Positions 9,351 through 17,981 of a DNA stretch of 64,000 bases are shown piece by piece; within the stretch, counting starts at the first letter, position 1; each line of letters begins with the position of its first letter. The stretch lies in NCBI GenBank assembly GCA_013426015.1, contig CP058998.1:794758-858757 (forward strand). Direction: 5' to 3'. The position numbers were made by a program, and so were the translations under genes. The notes beneath the pieces are model-generated. The model had not been told where the DNA came from and ran no database searches. It worked only from the letters and a program-made list of their open reading frames with translations. This DNA is from Candidatus Fermentimicrarchaeum limneticum. Its GTDB lineage: Archaea; Micrarchaeota; Micrarchaeia; Burarchaeales; Fermentimicrarchaeaceae.

Positions 9351-10277
9351 CTATCCCACGAACTCAAGCCACTCGTAATACCGCTCATCCTTTCCTTTCA
9401 GTACATCAAAGAATTTTGACTGCAGCTTCTGTGTTACTGGGCCTCTCTTCCCGTCCGCTATCCTCCTGTCGTCAACCTCCACGATGGGGGTAATCTCCGC
9501 GGCTGTCCCTGTGAAGAACGCCTCATCTGCTATATACAATTCCTCTCTGGGGATGTCCCTTATTATTACATCTATCCCCATATCCCTCGCAATTCTCATT
9601 ACGGAATCCCTTGTGACCCCTATGAGGATGCCCGCGTGCACCGGGGGAGTTATGAGCTTGCCCTGCCTGACTATGAATACGTTCTCTCCGGGCCCCTCTG
9701 CGATGTATCCGCTTATGTTCTGCATTATCGCCTCGTCATACCCTGCTTTCGTAGCTTCAATCTTTGCAAGCAGCGAGTTTGCATAGTTTCCTGAGCACTT
9801 GGACTGCGGCGGGACTATGAGCGGGTTTATCCTGCACCACGAGGAGATTTTTGTCCTAACTCCCTTCTCAATCTTCTCACCGAAATAATGGCCCCAGTGA
9901 ATGGGAATTATCGCGACGTTCGTGCTGAGTCCCTCTGGCTCAAGGCCGATGGACTCATGGCCATAGAACACAATCGGCCGTATGTAGCACTCCTTGACCT
10001 TGTTTATCCTCATCAGCGCAAGCGTTGCCTCCCTCAGCTGCTCCTTGGAATACGGGATTTTCATCATGTATGCCTTGGCGCTGTTGAAAAGTCTGTTGAG
10101 GTGCTCCCTCAGCCTGAACACCGCAGGACCCTTGTCTGTGTCGTAGCACCTTATCCCCTCGAATATGGCATTGCCGTATTGCAGGGAGTGGCACAGCACG
10201 TGGATTTTTGCATCCTCGAACCTCACGAACTTTCCATTCAGCCATATTTTCGGGAAGTGTTTCATTGGCATCACCAA
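9351..10277 (-). CDS. ilvE: branched-chain amino acid aminotransferase
   Basis: LQYGNAIFEGIRCY, YIRP, KCSGNY, EGPGEN, GVTR, FFTGTAAEITP. Confidence 0.95.
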   Translation of the reverse strand: MVMPMKHFPKIWLNGKFVRFEDAKIHVLCHSLQYGNAIFEGIRCYDTDKGPAVFRLREHLNRLFNSAKAYMMKIPYSKEQLREATLALMRINKVKECYIRPIVFYGHESIGLEPEGLSTNVAIIPIHWGHYFGEKIEKGVRTKISSWCRINPLIVPPQSKCSGNYANSLLAKIEATKAGYDEAIMQNISGYIAEGPGENVFIVRQGKLITPPVHAGILIGVTRDSVMRIARDMGIDVIIRDIPREELYIADEAFFTGTAAEITPIVEVDDRRIADGKRGPVTQKLQSKFFDVLKGKDERYYEWLEFVG

Positions 10278-10313
10278 GAATTATAAATTGCTGGAGGTTT
10301 ATAACCTTTGCAT

Positions 10314-10913
10314 ATGGGCTGGGAGGAGACGTTTGAGAGGATTGCCAGCGAGCTGATGAAGGACCCTACTCACGACTTTGAGCATGCGAAGAGGGTGTGC
10401 TCCATTTCAATACGTCTTGCCAGAGAGGAGAATGCCGATGAGGAGGTTCTCAGGGCTGCCGCCCTGCTTCACGATGTGGGGCACTCGCTTGATGAGAAGG
10501 ATCATGAGAAGAAGAGCTTGGAGATTGCAACCAGCCTTCTTGAGATGACCGATTTTCCAAAGAACAAGATGGAGAAGGTGCTGGAATGCATAAGGGAGCA
10601 CAGGTTCAGCAAGGGCGAGCAGGCAATGAGCCTAGAAGCCCAGATTCTCCAGGATGCGGACAGGCTTGATGCCATTGGTGCTGTAGGAATTGCGAGGTGC
10701 TTCCTGTGGAGCGGTGAGCACAGGAAGGTTCTGAAGGAAGCGTTAAGGCATTTTGACGAGAAGCTTCTGAAGCTTAAGGACATGATGAACACGAAAAGCG
10801 GGAGGGAAATGGCCGAGGAGAGGCATAGGTTTATGCTGGGATTCCTAGAGCAATTGGAAAGCGAGAGAGGTATTACTCCTCAAACCTCTTCCACAGAGCC
10901 CTTTTATCATTGA
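10314..10913 (+). CDS. HD-domain phosphohydrolase
   Basis: HDFEHAKRV, AALLHDVGH, QDADRLDAIGAVGIAR. Confidence 0.9.
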   Translation: MGWEETFERIASELMKDPTHDFEHAKRVCSISIRLAREENADEEVLRAAALLHDVGHSLDEKDHEKKSLEIATSLLEMTDFPKNKMEKVLECIREHRFSKGEQAMSLEAQILQDADRLDAIGAVGIARCFLWSGEHRKVLKEALRHFDEKLLKLKDMMNTKSGREMAEERHRFMLGFLEQLESERGITPQTSSTEPFYH

Positions 10914-11142
10914 GGAGCTCCTTTGCGATTGTCAGGAGCTGGGTGCTCACTTTCAGCGCCTCTTCTGGGGAGAGCTTTATTGCCTGCGCGCTTGCAGAGT
11001 TCATTATCCTTACTGTTACCAGGCCGTCCCTTGGGAAGCCGTTCACAAGCTGGGGCTCCTCGCTCTCTAACCTCAGGGCGTTCCTGTGGCTCCCTCCTTT
11101 ATCGTCCTTCCACCAGTGCACAATCTCATCTTCTATAGGCAT
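10873..11142 (-). CDS. small hypothetical protein (89 aa)
   Basis: ATG ORF with a TATA box (TTTATAAA 11175-11182) about 33 nt upstream; globular composition. Confidence 0.7.
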   Translation of the reverse strand: MPIEDEIVHWWKDDKGGSHRNALRLESEEPQLVNGFPRDGLVTVRIMNSASAQAIKLSPEEALKVSTQLLTIAKELLNDKRALWKRFEE

Positions 11143-11174
11143 ATCAGTCGCCCAGTAGAGAGGGTTTTGCTTTC

Positions 11175-11210
11175 TTTATAAAGGTTGGGAGGGGGTAACT
11201 TTCCAGTGAA
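11175..11210. promoter_or_regulatory. TATA box plus 21-bp motif AGGGGGTAACTTTCCAGTGAA (copy 1)
   Basis: 11190-11210 is identical to 32189-32209, and both sit at the same distance from TTTATAAA. Confidence 0.7.
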
Positions 11211-11249
11211 GTATATAAACTCAAAATTGGCATTTATTGCGGTGGGAAT

Positions 11250-11657
11250 ATGAGGATTCTGAAACCTGAGAGGTCATTGTTTTTCAATCCGCAGGTGCGT
11301 GAGATATTGAACAGGGAGGCGGACAAGCGAGCTGTGGAGGAGCTTACAAGCGAAAAGCCAATGGAGCGCGTTGAGGCTGTTGAGAGGCTTCTGGAAGTTG
11401 TGAATGATGACAAACTGAAAAAGGAGCTGACGATTATTGTTACGGTAGCTAAGAAGGAGGAGTTTTTGAAGAAAATAGAGAAAGAAGAGGCGAAGGTAGA
11501 CAACATGACAAAGGAGAAGGCGGCAAAATACGAAAAACTGATAAGTGGGTATACTGCAGCAAAGACAAAGAGTGCTGAAGATATAGAGAATTTGGCGATG
11601 CAGAGGACAATGAGTGACTCTGAGCTCCAGCAAAAGCTGAAGAAAGTGCTAGCGTAG
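11250..11657 (+). CDS. hypothetical helical/charged protein
   Basis: 135-aa E/K-rich ORF with upstream TATATAAA and a GGTGG RBS. Confidence 0.7.
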   Translation: MRILKPERSLFFNPQVREILNREADKRAVEELTSEKPMERVEAVERLLEVVNDDKLKKELTIIVTVAKKEEFLKKIEKEEAKVDNMTKEKAAKYEKLISGYTAAKTKSAEDIENLAMQRTMSDSELQQKLKKVLA

Positions 11658-12332
11658 ATTTCTGTAATAATCGCAGAGCCTGTTCAGCACGCACAGGTTG
11701 CATTTCGGATTTCTTGCCGTGCATATCTTCCTTCCGTGCAGTATGAAGTTCATGTGCAGGCTTTTCTTCTCCTCGTCAGGAACCATCCTGTTCATCAACT
11801 CATGCGCCTTCTCAGGGCTCATGCCCGCAGGGATTATCCCTAACCTCTTAGCGACTCTCAGGTTGTGCGTGTCCAGAGGCATCATCGGCTTGTTGAATCG
11901 GAAGATGAGCAGCACGGAAGCGGTTTTGGGCCCTATTCCCTTTATTGACTGAAGAAATTCCATTGCTTCATCGGCAGGCATGCCCTTCAGGAAATCAAGC
12001 TCAAGTTTGCCTCTCCTCCTTTTTATGTCCTGCAGCACGTGCTTTATCCTCCTCGCCTTTATCCCTGGAAGCCCACCGGAACGGATGGCCTTCTGGATTG
12101 CCCTCGGATCTGTCTTTAGGAGTATTTCCCATTTCGGAAACTTCTTCTTGAGGTTGTTGAACGCCCTTGAAGAATTCTTGTCAGTCGTGTTCTGCGAAAG
12201 AATTGTCTCGACAAGTATGTCCAGAGGATCAACTCTGGCGGTGTAGTGGTGCTCCCCGTACTCGTCCTTTAAGAGCGCGATTACCTCCCTCAGCTTCCTC
12301 TCTTTTTTCACAAATTTATTTAAGCCGCGCAA
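11649..12332 (-). CDS. nth: endonuclease III (HhH-GPD glycosylase with [4Fe-4S] cluster)
   Basis: LVETILSQNT, HhH IKGIGPKTA, PLDTH, C-x6-C-x2-C-x5-C. Confidence 0.92.
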   Translation of the reverse strand: MRGLNKFVKKERKLREVIALLKDEYGEHHYTARVDPLDILVETILSQNTTDKNSSRAFNNLKKKFPKWEILLKTDPRAIQKAIRSGGLPGIKARRIKHVLQDIKRRRGKLELDFLKGMPADEAMEFLQSIKGIGPKTASVLLIFRFNKPMMPLDTHNLRVAKRLGIIPAGMSPEKAHELMNRMVPDEEKKSLHMNFILHGRKICTARNPKCNLCVLNRLCDYYRNLR

Positions 12333-12347
12333 TATAAATTGGTTAAC

Positions 12348-12494
12348 ATGCGAAGAGAAGGCGTTTGTTCAATCTGCGGCAAGGAGCTGGCAAGCTTCAC
12401 CTGCAGACTTTGCGGCGCTCTGGTGGGGCCTGCATGCTACGACCCTGCCAGCGGAGTCTGCGCAAGGTGCAGGAAGGGGAGGATGGCACCTTGA
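12348..12494 (+). CDS. small Cys-rich zinc-finger protein (48 aa)
   Basis: MRREGVCSICGKELASFTCRLCGALVGPACYDPASGVCARCRKGRMAP; below the ORF-track cutoff; its stop overlaps the TTG start of the next gene. Confidence 0.75.
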   Translation: MRREGVCSICGKELASFTCRLCGALVGPACYDPASGVCARCRKGRMAP

Positions 12495-13399
12495 ATCTAG
12501 CCGGGCTTGCCAAGGGAAAAGATGTGCTCATGCCTTTCGGTGAGATGGAGGTGCTGCTCTACTACGGAATTGTCGGCAGCAGGCTTGTCGATTTTATAAA
12601 AGGGAAGGAGATTGCAGCAAAGAACTGGTTTCCTCCCAAGGGGGGAATGCCCAAAGTACTGAAAAGAGGCTCGAAGGAGGAGCCGCTTTACATAGAAGAA
12701 TTCGTGGATGCAATCACGCCGGAATTCCTCTCGCTGAGAAAGAAGCATCTTGACGAGGCAAGGGGGGATCTGACCCATTCGCAGGAGAAGATTTGGCGCT
12801 ACTTTGTCCCTAGGAAGCTGTCCGACTTCTTCTACGCAACCAACACTGAAGGGGAGGGCAAGCCAATTGACAGGATTTTCTTTGACCTGGACAGGGGGGA
12901 AGGGGTCACATCAGAATACACGCAGCAAGTTGCAAGGGAATTTGTCGATGTGATGGAGGGAGACTTGAAGAAGCTGGACTGCTCAGAACCGTTCGTGCAG
13001 TGGACAGGAAGCTCCTTCCACGTTTACCTCTTTTCGAAGAAAAAGATGCCTCCCTCATTCTATGGGGAGAATTTTCAGGTCAGTGCAAAATGGGGATTGC
13101 AAACAACAGCGCAGAGGTGGGTCGAAGAACTCAAGAAAAGAAATCTAAAAGTCTCAAGCAGTCATGAGAAGCTGAAGGGAATTGTGAGTGTAGACCCGTC
13201 ACAGACTCCTTCGGGGAAGCTTGCTAGGGCTCCATTCTCCCTGCATATGAAGGATGAGAAGACAGTTAACGGAGTTGCAATCCCGCTTGGGGTTGAGATG
13301 CTGGAAGAAAGGGGACTGGTTGACGAGCTGAGAGACTACACGCCGAATAAAGTTGTTGATGAACTCGACGCTCTTTCAAAAAGGCTGCCGAAGTTGTGA
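12491..13399 (+). CDS. LigD-polymerase-like archaeo-eukaryotic primase-polymerase
   Basis: DRIFFDLD (DxD motif I), WTGSSFHVY (motif II His), VDPSQT and ARAPFSL. The true start is probably TTG 12491. Confidence 0.75.
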   Translation: MNLAGLAKGKDVLMPFGEMEVLLYYGIVGSRLVDFIKGKEIAAKNWFPPKGGMPKVLKRGSKEEPLYIEEFVDAITPEFLSLRKKHLDEARGDLTHSQEKIWRYFVPRKLSDFFYATNTEGEGKPIDRIFFDLDRGEGVTSEYTQQVAREFVDVMEGDLKKLDCSEPFVQWTGSSFHVYLFSKKKMPPSFYGENFQVSAKWGLQTTAQRWVEELKKRNLKVSSSHEKLKGIVSVDPSQTPSGKLARAPFSLHMKDEKTVNGVAIPLGVEMLEERGLVDELRDYTPNKVVDELDALSKRLPKL

Positions 13400-13403
13400 T
13401 TGG

Positions 13404-13826
13404 ATGGAACTGAAAAATCTGCTTCATGGCAATGTAGTAATCCTTGGGGTTGGGAACGAGCTGCGCGGAGACGACGGAGTCGGAGTCTACATAGCAAAAA
13501 AACTGAAAGGTAGGAAGGTCATCAATGCGGGGGTTGCGCCTGAGAACTTCGTAGGCAAGATAAAGAAGATGAAGCCGGAAAGGATTGTTATCTTCGATGC
13601 GCTTGACTTCGGAGGCAAGCCCGGCGAGGTGAAGGTTGTTGACGCAAGAAAAACAGAGGGATTGAAAATCTCAACACACTCCCTCCCATTGTCTTTCTTC
13701 TGCGGGCTGTTTGGGAAAACAGAGATTTATATTGTTGGGATACAACCTAGGAACAGGGAGTTTGGGGGCAGAATTGACAGGGAGGTTAAGAGAAGTGCGG
13801 ATGATCTGATTAGGGGTTGCATTTAA
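13404..13826 (+). CDS. hycI: hydrogenase maturation protease (HycI/HybD family)
   Basis: VILGVGNELRGDDGVG, PEN, FDA, STHSLP, GIQP. Confidence 0.9.
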   Translation: MELKNLLHGNVVILGVGNELRGDDGVGVYIAKKLKGRKVINAGVAPENFVGKIKKMKPERIVIFDALDFGGKPGEVKVVDARKTEGLKISTHSLPLSFFCGLFGKTEIYIVGIQPRNREFGGRIDREVKRSADDLIRGCI

Positions 13827-15094
13827 TGCCGGCGTTTTCTGTTCAGCAGGCTCTCATCTGCGTAGTAGAGTATAACGCCCAGCACTAGAACCGCCAGTGC
13901 AATGAGCCAGATGTCAGCAAGAAGGGAGAATGCGAGCGCCACGAATGTGATGATTCCAAGCACCGGAGGGATGGGGTAGAAGGGTATCCTGAATGCGGGC
14001 CTTGTCCTGCGGTTTATGGCTATTGCCGCATAGTTGACAAGTAGGTGGCTCAGTATTATAAGGAATGTTGCAAGCGAAACTACCTCCTTCAGGTTGCCGA
14101 TCAGGGCAAGTATCGCCATAGGTATGCCGGTGAGCAGTATCGACACGTATGGTGTGCCGTAGCGAGGGTGGATGTAGTTTATCAGTCTGGGAGTCTGGTG
14201 GTTCCTAGACATGGAGTATATTATCCTCGAGACTGAGAGGATTATTGTGTGCAGTACGGTTGCTGTTGCGAATACTGCGCCAAGCGATACGAGCAGGGCA
14301 GCGGCATCGTTGCCAGTGGCTCTCATAACATCCGCGAGAGGCGAGCCCGAGCTTGCAAGCGTCCTGTAGTCCATAACGCCCACTGCGGTGAAGCTCACGA
14401 AGAGGTAGAGCAAGGCGGATATGGCAAGGGAGAGGAGTATTGAAAGGGGCATGGTTTTCTTCGGGTTAACCACCTCCTCTGAGATGGTCGTCACATTGCA
14501 GTACCCCAGGTATGCGAACATCATCACGGCCGCGCCTCCGACCAAGCCTGAAAAGCCATTTGGGAATGGATTTGAGAAGTTGGACGATTTGATATATGGA
14601 ATCCCAAGAAACACGAACAGAAGCAGTATAATGACCTTGAGGATGACCAGCACGTCATTTACGATTTTGGACTGTTTTGCCCCCATTAAGTTTATCAGCG
14701 TGAAGAGCAGGCATGCTCCTACGGCAAGAAGGTTTGCCGGGAAGACCATGAGGATTCTCAGGTAGTCCGCCAGACCAAGGCTGACCGCAGCACCGGCAAC
14801 TATGTTGCCGATGATGAGCATCCACCCAGTCATGAATCCAAGGAAGGGGGAGAGGACCTTGTACGAATATTCGTATGCTCCTCCCTCTTCAGGTATGACG
14901 GAGCACAGCTCGGCGAAGCTGAAGGCGGTGAACATTGAAACGATACCTGCTATGATTACGGAGTATATGACGCCGGGACCTGCCATATCGGCAGCCACTC
15001 CGACTATCACGAATATTCCCGCCCCGATTATCGCCCCGAGTCCCACAGAGATTGCATCGAATAGGTTGAGTGTTCTCCTCAATCTGGCTGCCAT
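13823..15094 (-). CDS. APC-family amino acid permease
   Basis: GAIIGAGIF, GGAYEY, FAYLGY...SEE, about 12 TM helices. Confidence 0.92.
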   Translation of the reverse strand: MAARLRRTLNLFDAISVGLGAIIGAGIFVIVGVAADMAGPGVIYSVIIAGIVSMFTAFSFAELCSVIPEEGGAYEYSYKVLSPFLGFMTGWMLIIGNIVAGAAVSLGLADYLRILMVFPANLLAVGACLLFTLINLMGAKQSKIVNDVLVILKVIILLLFVFLGIPYIKSSNFSNPFPNGFSGLVGGAAVMMFAYLGYCNVTTISEEVVNPKKTMPLSILLSLAISALLYLFVSFTAVGVMDYRTLASSGSPLADVMRATGNDAAALLVSLGAVFATATVLHTIILSVSRIIYSMSRNHQTPRLINYIHPRYGTPYVSILLTGIPMAILALIGNLKEVVSLATFLIILSHLLVNYAAIAINRRTRPAFRIPFYPIPPVLGIITFVALAFSLLADIWLIALAVLVLGVILYYADESLLNRKRRH

Positions 15095-15183
15095 ATGGGT
15101 TGGTGTAATCCTCGCATATATAAGATAGTTAGTTTATCCTCGCTTAGTTTGAGAATTAAAAGAGTGGAAGAGTAGATTTAAGC

Positions 15184-16062
15184 ATGACTTATAGGATAGC
15201 AAAGCCGGGGGACATAATTGTTGAGGCGCAGAAAGCTTATCCCGGATCATTCCACGAGAAAGTCGCCAGCAGTCCCCTCATGGATGAGTTCTATAGGAAA
15301 GCAATTCGAATGTCGGGCATTGCGGAGCTTATAGAAAGGAGTGATAGAACTGTCACAGTCGTAGATGTTTGCGGGGGAAGGGGGAGGGTTGGGGAGATAT
15401 TGAAAGAGATGACGAAGAAGGAGTTCAGCTACGTCGTTGTTGACATAAGCATGAGGGAGCTTGGAAAAGATAGGTGGAAGGACAGAATTATCGGCGATGC
15501 GACCCATATCCCGCTTGCAAACGCAACAGCAGATGCAGTTTTCTTCCTCAACATGCCAGTTCCGACGAGCATGGTTGAGAGGCGCGTTGCGAGGATGAAA
15601 CCCGGGAGCACTCAGGAGGTTGAGGAGAGGTGGGAGATAGCTGAGAACCTCCGCAAAGCAGGTGACGCACTTTATAATCTCAACATTCTGGAAGGGATCA
15701 GGGTGCTGAAGCCTGGTGGCTCGCTGCTTGTTGGCGCGAAATATACCGGTCAGACAAGAAAGGATAAGGAGAAATGGGCTGAGAACCTTCCGCTTACAGT
15801 GGATAGGGTAGAAAGAGCGGAGCTGGACAGCAGAGTGATACCTCTTTGGAGAAATTATGGAGTTGACATAAACGAGTCGGTTTTTTCCATAACCTCGTTC
15901 ACCAAGACGCATGGGGAGATTGGAAAGCTGGTCGGTGAGATGCAGGGGGAGTTGGAAAGAAGATTGGACACGCTCTCAGAAACTAAAACTTTTGAAAGAA
16001 TTCTTGAGGAGATGAAAAAGGAGATGGAAGCGAAGAGTCGGGACTTGGATGAATTGCAGTGA
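15184..16062 (+). CDS. class I SAM-dependent methyltransferase-like protein
   Basis: VVDVCGGRG (motif I), VVVDIS, GDATHIPLANATADAV, RVLKPGG. Confidence 0.78.
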   Translation: MTYRIAKPGDIIVEAQKAYPGSFHEKVASSPLMDEFYRKAIRMSGIAELIERSDRTVTVVDVCGGRGRVGEILKEMTKKEFSYVVVDISMRELGKDRWKDRIIGDATHIPLANATADAVFFLNMPVPTSMVERRVARMKPGSTQEVEERWEIAENLRKAGDALYNLNILEGIRVLKPGGSLLVGAKYTGQTRKDKEKWAENLPLTVDRVERAELDSRVIPLWRNYGVDINESVFSITSFTKTHGEIGKLVGEMQGELERRLDTLSETKTFERILEEMKKEMEAKSRDLDELQ

Positions 16063-16100
16063 AAGGAAGGGATTAATACTCAGAAAGTCATAATTTATTT

Positions 16101-16940
16101 ATGGTTCACAGGATATCACAACCAGATGACATACTTATTGAGGCTCAGAAGCTCTACCCAAAGAAATTTCACGAGGTTTCCGAGAGTAGCTACATGGATG
16201 ACGTGTACCGCAAGGCTGCAATTATGTGTGGGATTAGGGAGCATCTAAAAGCTACAAGGGGGGATGTTAATGCTGTTGATATTGCGGGTGGGAGTGGAAG
16301 ACAGGGGCGCATTATCAGGAGCTTGGTGAAGGAGGATTCTGGGAGAGTTGTCATACACAATGTTGATATAGGCAGAGGGGAGTTCCGCAGGGGTAGGGGG
16401 GATGAGAGAACCATTGGGGATGTCATGCATCTTCCGCTCCCAGACAAAAGCATGGATTTTGTGTTCATGAATAACATCCCGATACCGCTCTCGCATGTGA
16501 AGTACTATGTAATCAACATGAAGGATGAGACAGGCAAAAAAGAGCAGATTCTTGAGATGCTTGAGAATGCAATCGATGCCCAGTACAAGCTCAATCTGCT
16601 GGAGGGCATAAGGGTGCTCAAGGAAAACGGCGTGATGATGCTAAGCGGCAAGCACGTCGGCCAGACCGGGGAGAGCATTCAGAGGAACCTGGACGATTTG
16701 CCGCTGAAAGTGGATAAGTTTGAAGTTGTGGAGCTAGAGAGCGGAGTAGTCCCGCTGTGGAGGAAATACGGCATAGACATAGAGAAGCCAACCTTCATGA
16801 TTGTTTCGCTCAGGAAGACCGGTGATGCGGAGGGGCTGGTAGACTTCTACGAGCAGATGCGTTACACATCTCTGGAGCAGCTCCTGAGGATTGAAGAATT
16901 CGACAAAGTTCTGGAAGAGATGAGAAAGGCAAAGGCCTAG
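16101..16940 (+). CDS. class I SAM-dependent methyltransferase-like protein (paralog of the preceding gene)
   Basis: AVDIAGGSG, NVDIG, GDVMHLPLPDKSMDFV, RVLKENG; colinear with 15184..16062. Confidence 0.78.
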   Translation: MVHRISQPDDILIEAQKLYPKKFHEVSESSYMDDVYRKAAIMCGIREHLKATRGDVNAVDIAGGSGRQGRIIRSLVKEDSGRVVIHNVDIGRGEFRRGRGDERTIGDVMHLPLPDKSMDFVFMNNIPIPLSHVKYYVINMKDETGKKEQILEMLENAIDAQYKLNLLEGIRVLKENGVMMLSGKHVGQTGESIQRNLDDLPLKVDKFEVVELESGVVPLWRKYGIDIEKPTFMIVSLRKTGDAEGLVDFYEQMRYTSLEQLLRIEEFDKVLEEMRKAKA

Positions 16941-16986
16941 TGCTTCAAGCCGCAGCTTTAAAAATCAAAAAATGCATAATTCAGGT

Positions 16987-17922
16987 ATGGAAAAGTATAG
17001 GGAGGAAATGCCCCTCAGGGAGCACATAGAGAGCTTCAGGAGAAACCGGGTGCTTGCCGACTCTTTGAAATCTCTTGGACTCACTGATGAGGCGCTCGTA
17101 TTCACAAGGCACGGCTATGCAACTGCCGTGACCGAGGAGGGCTCCAAACAGCTTGAAGAGCTTGCCAGAATAAGCACAAGAATTGATAGAAGGAATGTGT
17201 ACGAGCTGCAGAGCGTGGGAGTTGGCGAAGTTTTTGGCAAAATCACGTTTGTCAGGGAGTTCGTGCTGCCTCCAGAAAAACTTATTCTGGCAGTTCGGGG
17301 AGGGGGGGATTTGGAGATTAAGGGCATGAGGACTGCAAAGACATTGCTTGGGGAGTATATGAAAATTGAGGAGCAGAGGGACCGCAGCAGCTTCATGGCT
17401 GTATTGCTGAGGGTCATTAACAAACCGGAAGAGAAAGACGTAAAGCTGCTTGGACAGTTTGAGGACAGGTTTGATGAGATATTTGTTAGAAGGGGCATGA
17501 CGATTGACAAAATTCTGAAAACTCCTTGGAGGATGCTGGCCAATACCGGGCGTATCGCCCATACAAAATACTACGAGGAGGATGTAAGAAAAGCAGGTGT
17601 TGAAGTTTTCGGAACTCACATACACCTGAGCAACCTTATACCATCGCCCTATGATATATACACAAACGCAGGGCCTAGGCAGAGGATTGAATGGACAGGC
17701 ATCATGCTCGTGCGTATGGGGAGCTGGTGGGAGACTCGGCTCAGCAATGAGAATTTCGCGGCATTCCACTCGAACATAAACGACCCTGCAGGGCTCAGGA
17801 GGATAGTGTCAGAGTTGAGTGATGAGACTCCCCTAGGAGCGTTCTATATGTATAAGGACTTCGTGCAGTCAAACAGAGCTCGGATGATGAGGTATGAGGA
17901 GCTGCTGGAGAAAGTAGGCTGA
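16987..17922 (+). CDS. hypothetical protein with a possible JAB/MPN-like metal-binding motif
   Basis: Long ORF containing GTHIHLSNLIPSPYD (HxH...PSxxD). Start placed at ATG 16987 from the promoter spacing. Confidence 0.6.
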   Translation: MEKYREEMPLREHIESFRRNRVLADSLKSLGLTDEALVFTRHGYATAVTEEGSKQLEELARISTRIDRRNVYELQSVGVGEVFGKITFVREFVLPPEKLILAVRGGGDLEIKGMRTAKTLLGEYMKIEEQRDRSSFMAVLLRVINKPEEKDVKLLGQFEDRFDEIFVRRGMTIDKILKTPWRMLANTGRIAHTKYYEEDVRKAGVEVFGTHIHLSNLIPSPYDIYTNAGPRQRIEWTGIMLVRMGSWWETRLSNENFAAFHSNINDPAGLRRIVSELSDETPLGAFYMYKDFVQSNRARMMRYEELLEKVG

Positions 17923-17981
17923 TTGGTTATCTGAGCCGTTTTCACCTGTTCATACGAGATAGTTTATACCCGGAAGGCTGA

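Noticed and set aside
11190-11210. Replication origin
   Set aside because: Only a single ORB-like copy per locus, with no clustered boxes, AT-rich unwinding element or orc1/cdc6 gene nearby.
12365-12490. N-terminal extension of the primase-polymerase in the ORF track
   Set aside because: Occupied in another frame by the 48-aa zinc-finger gene; the true start is probably TTG 12491.
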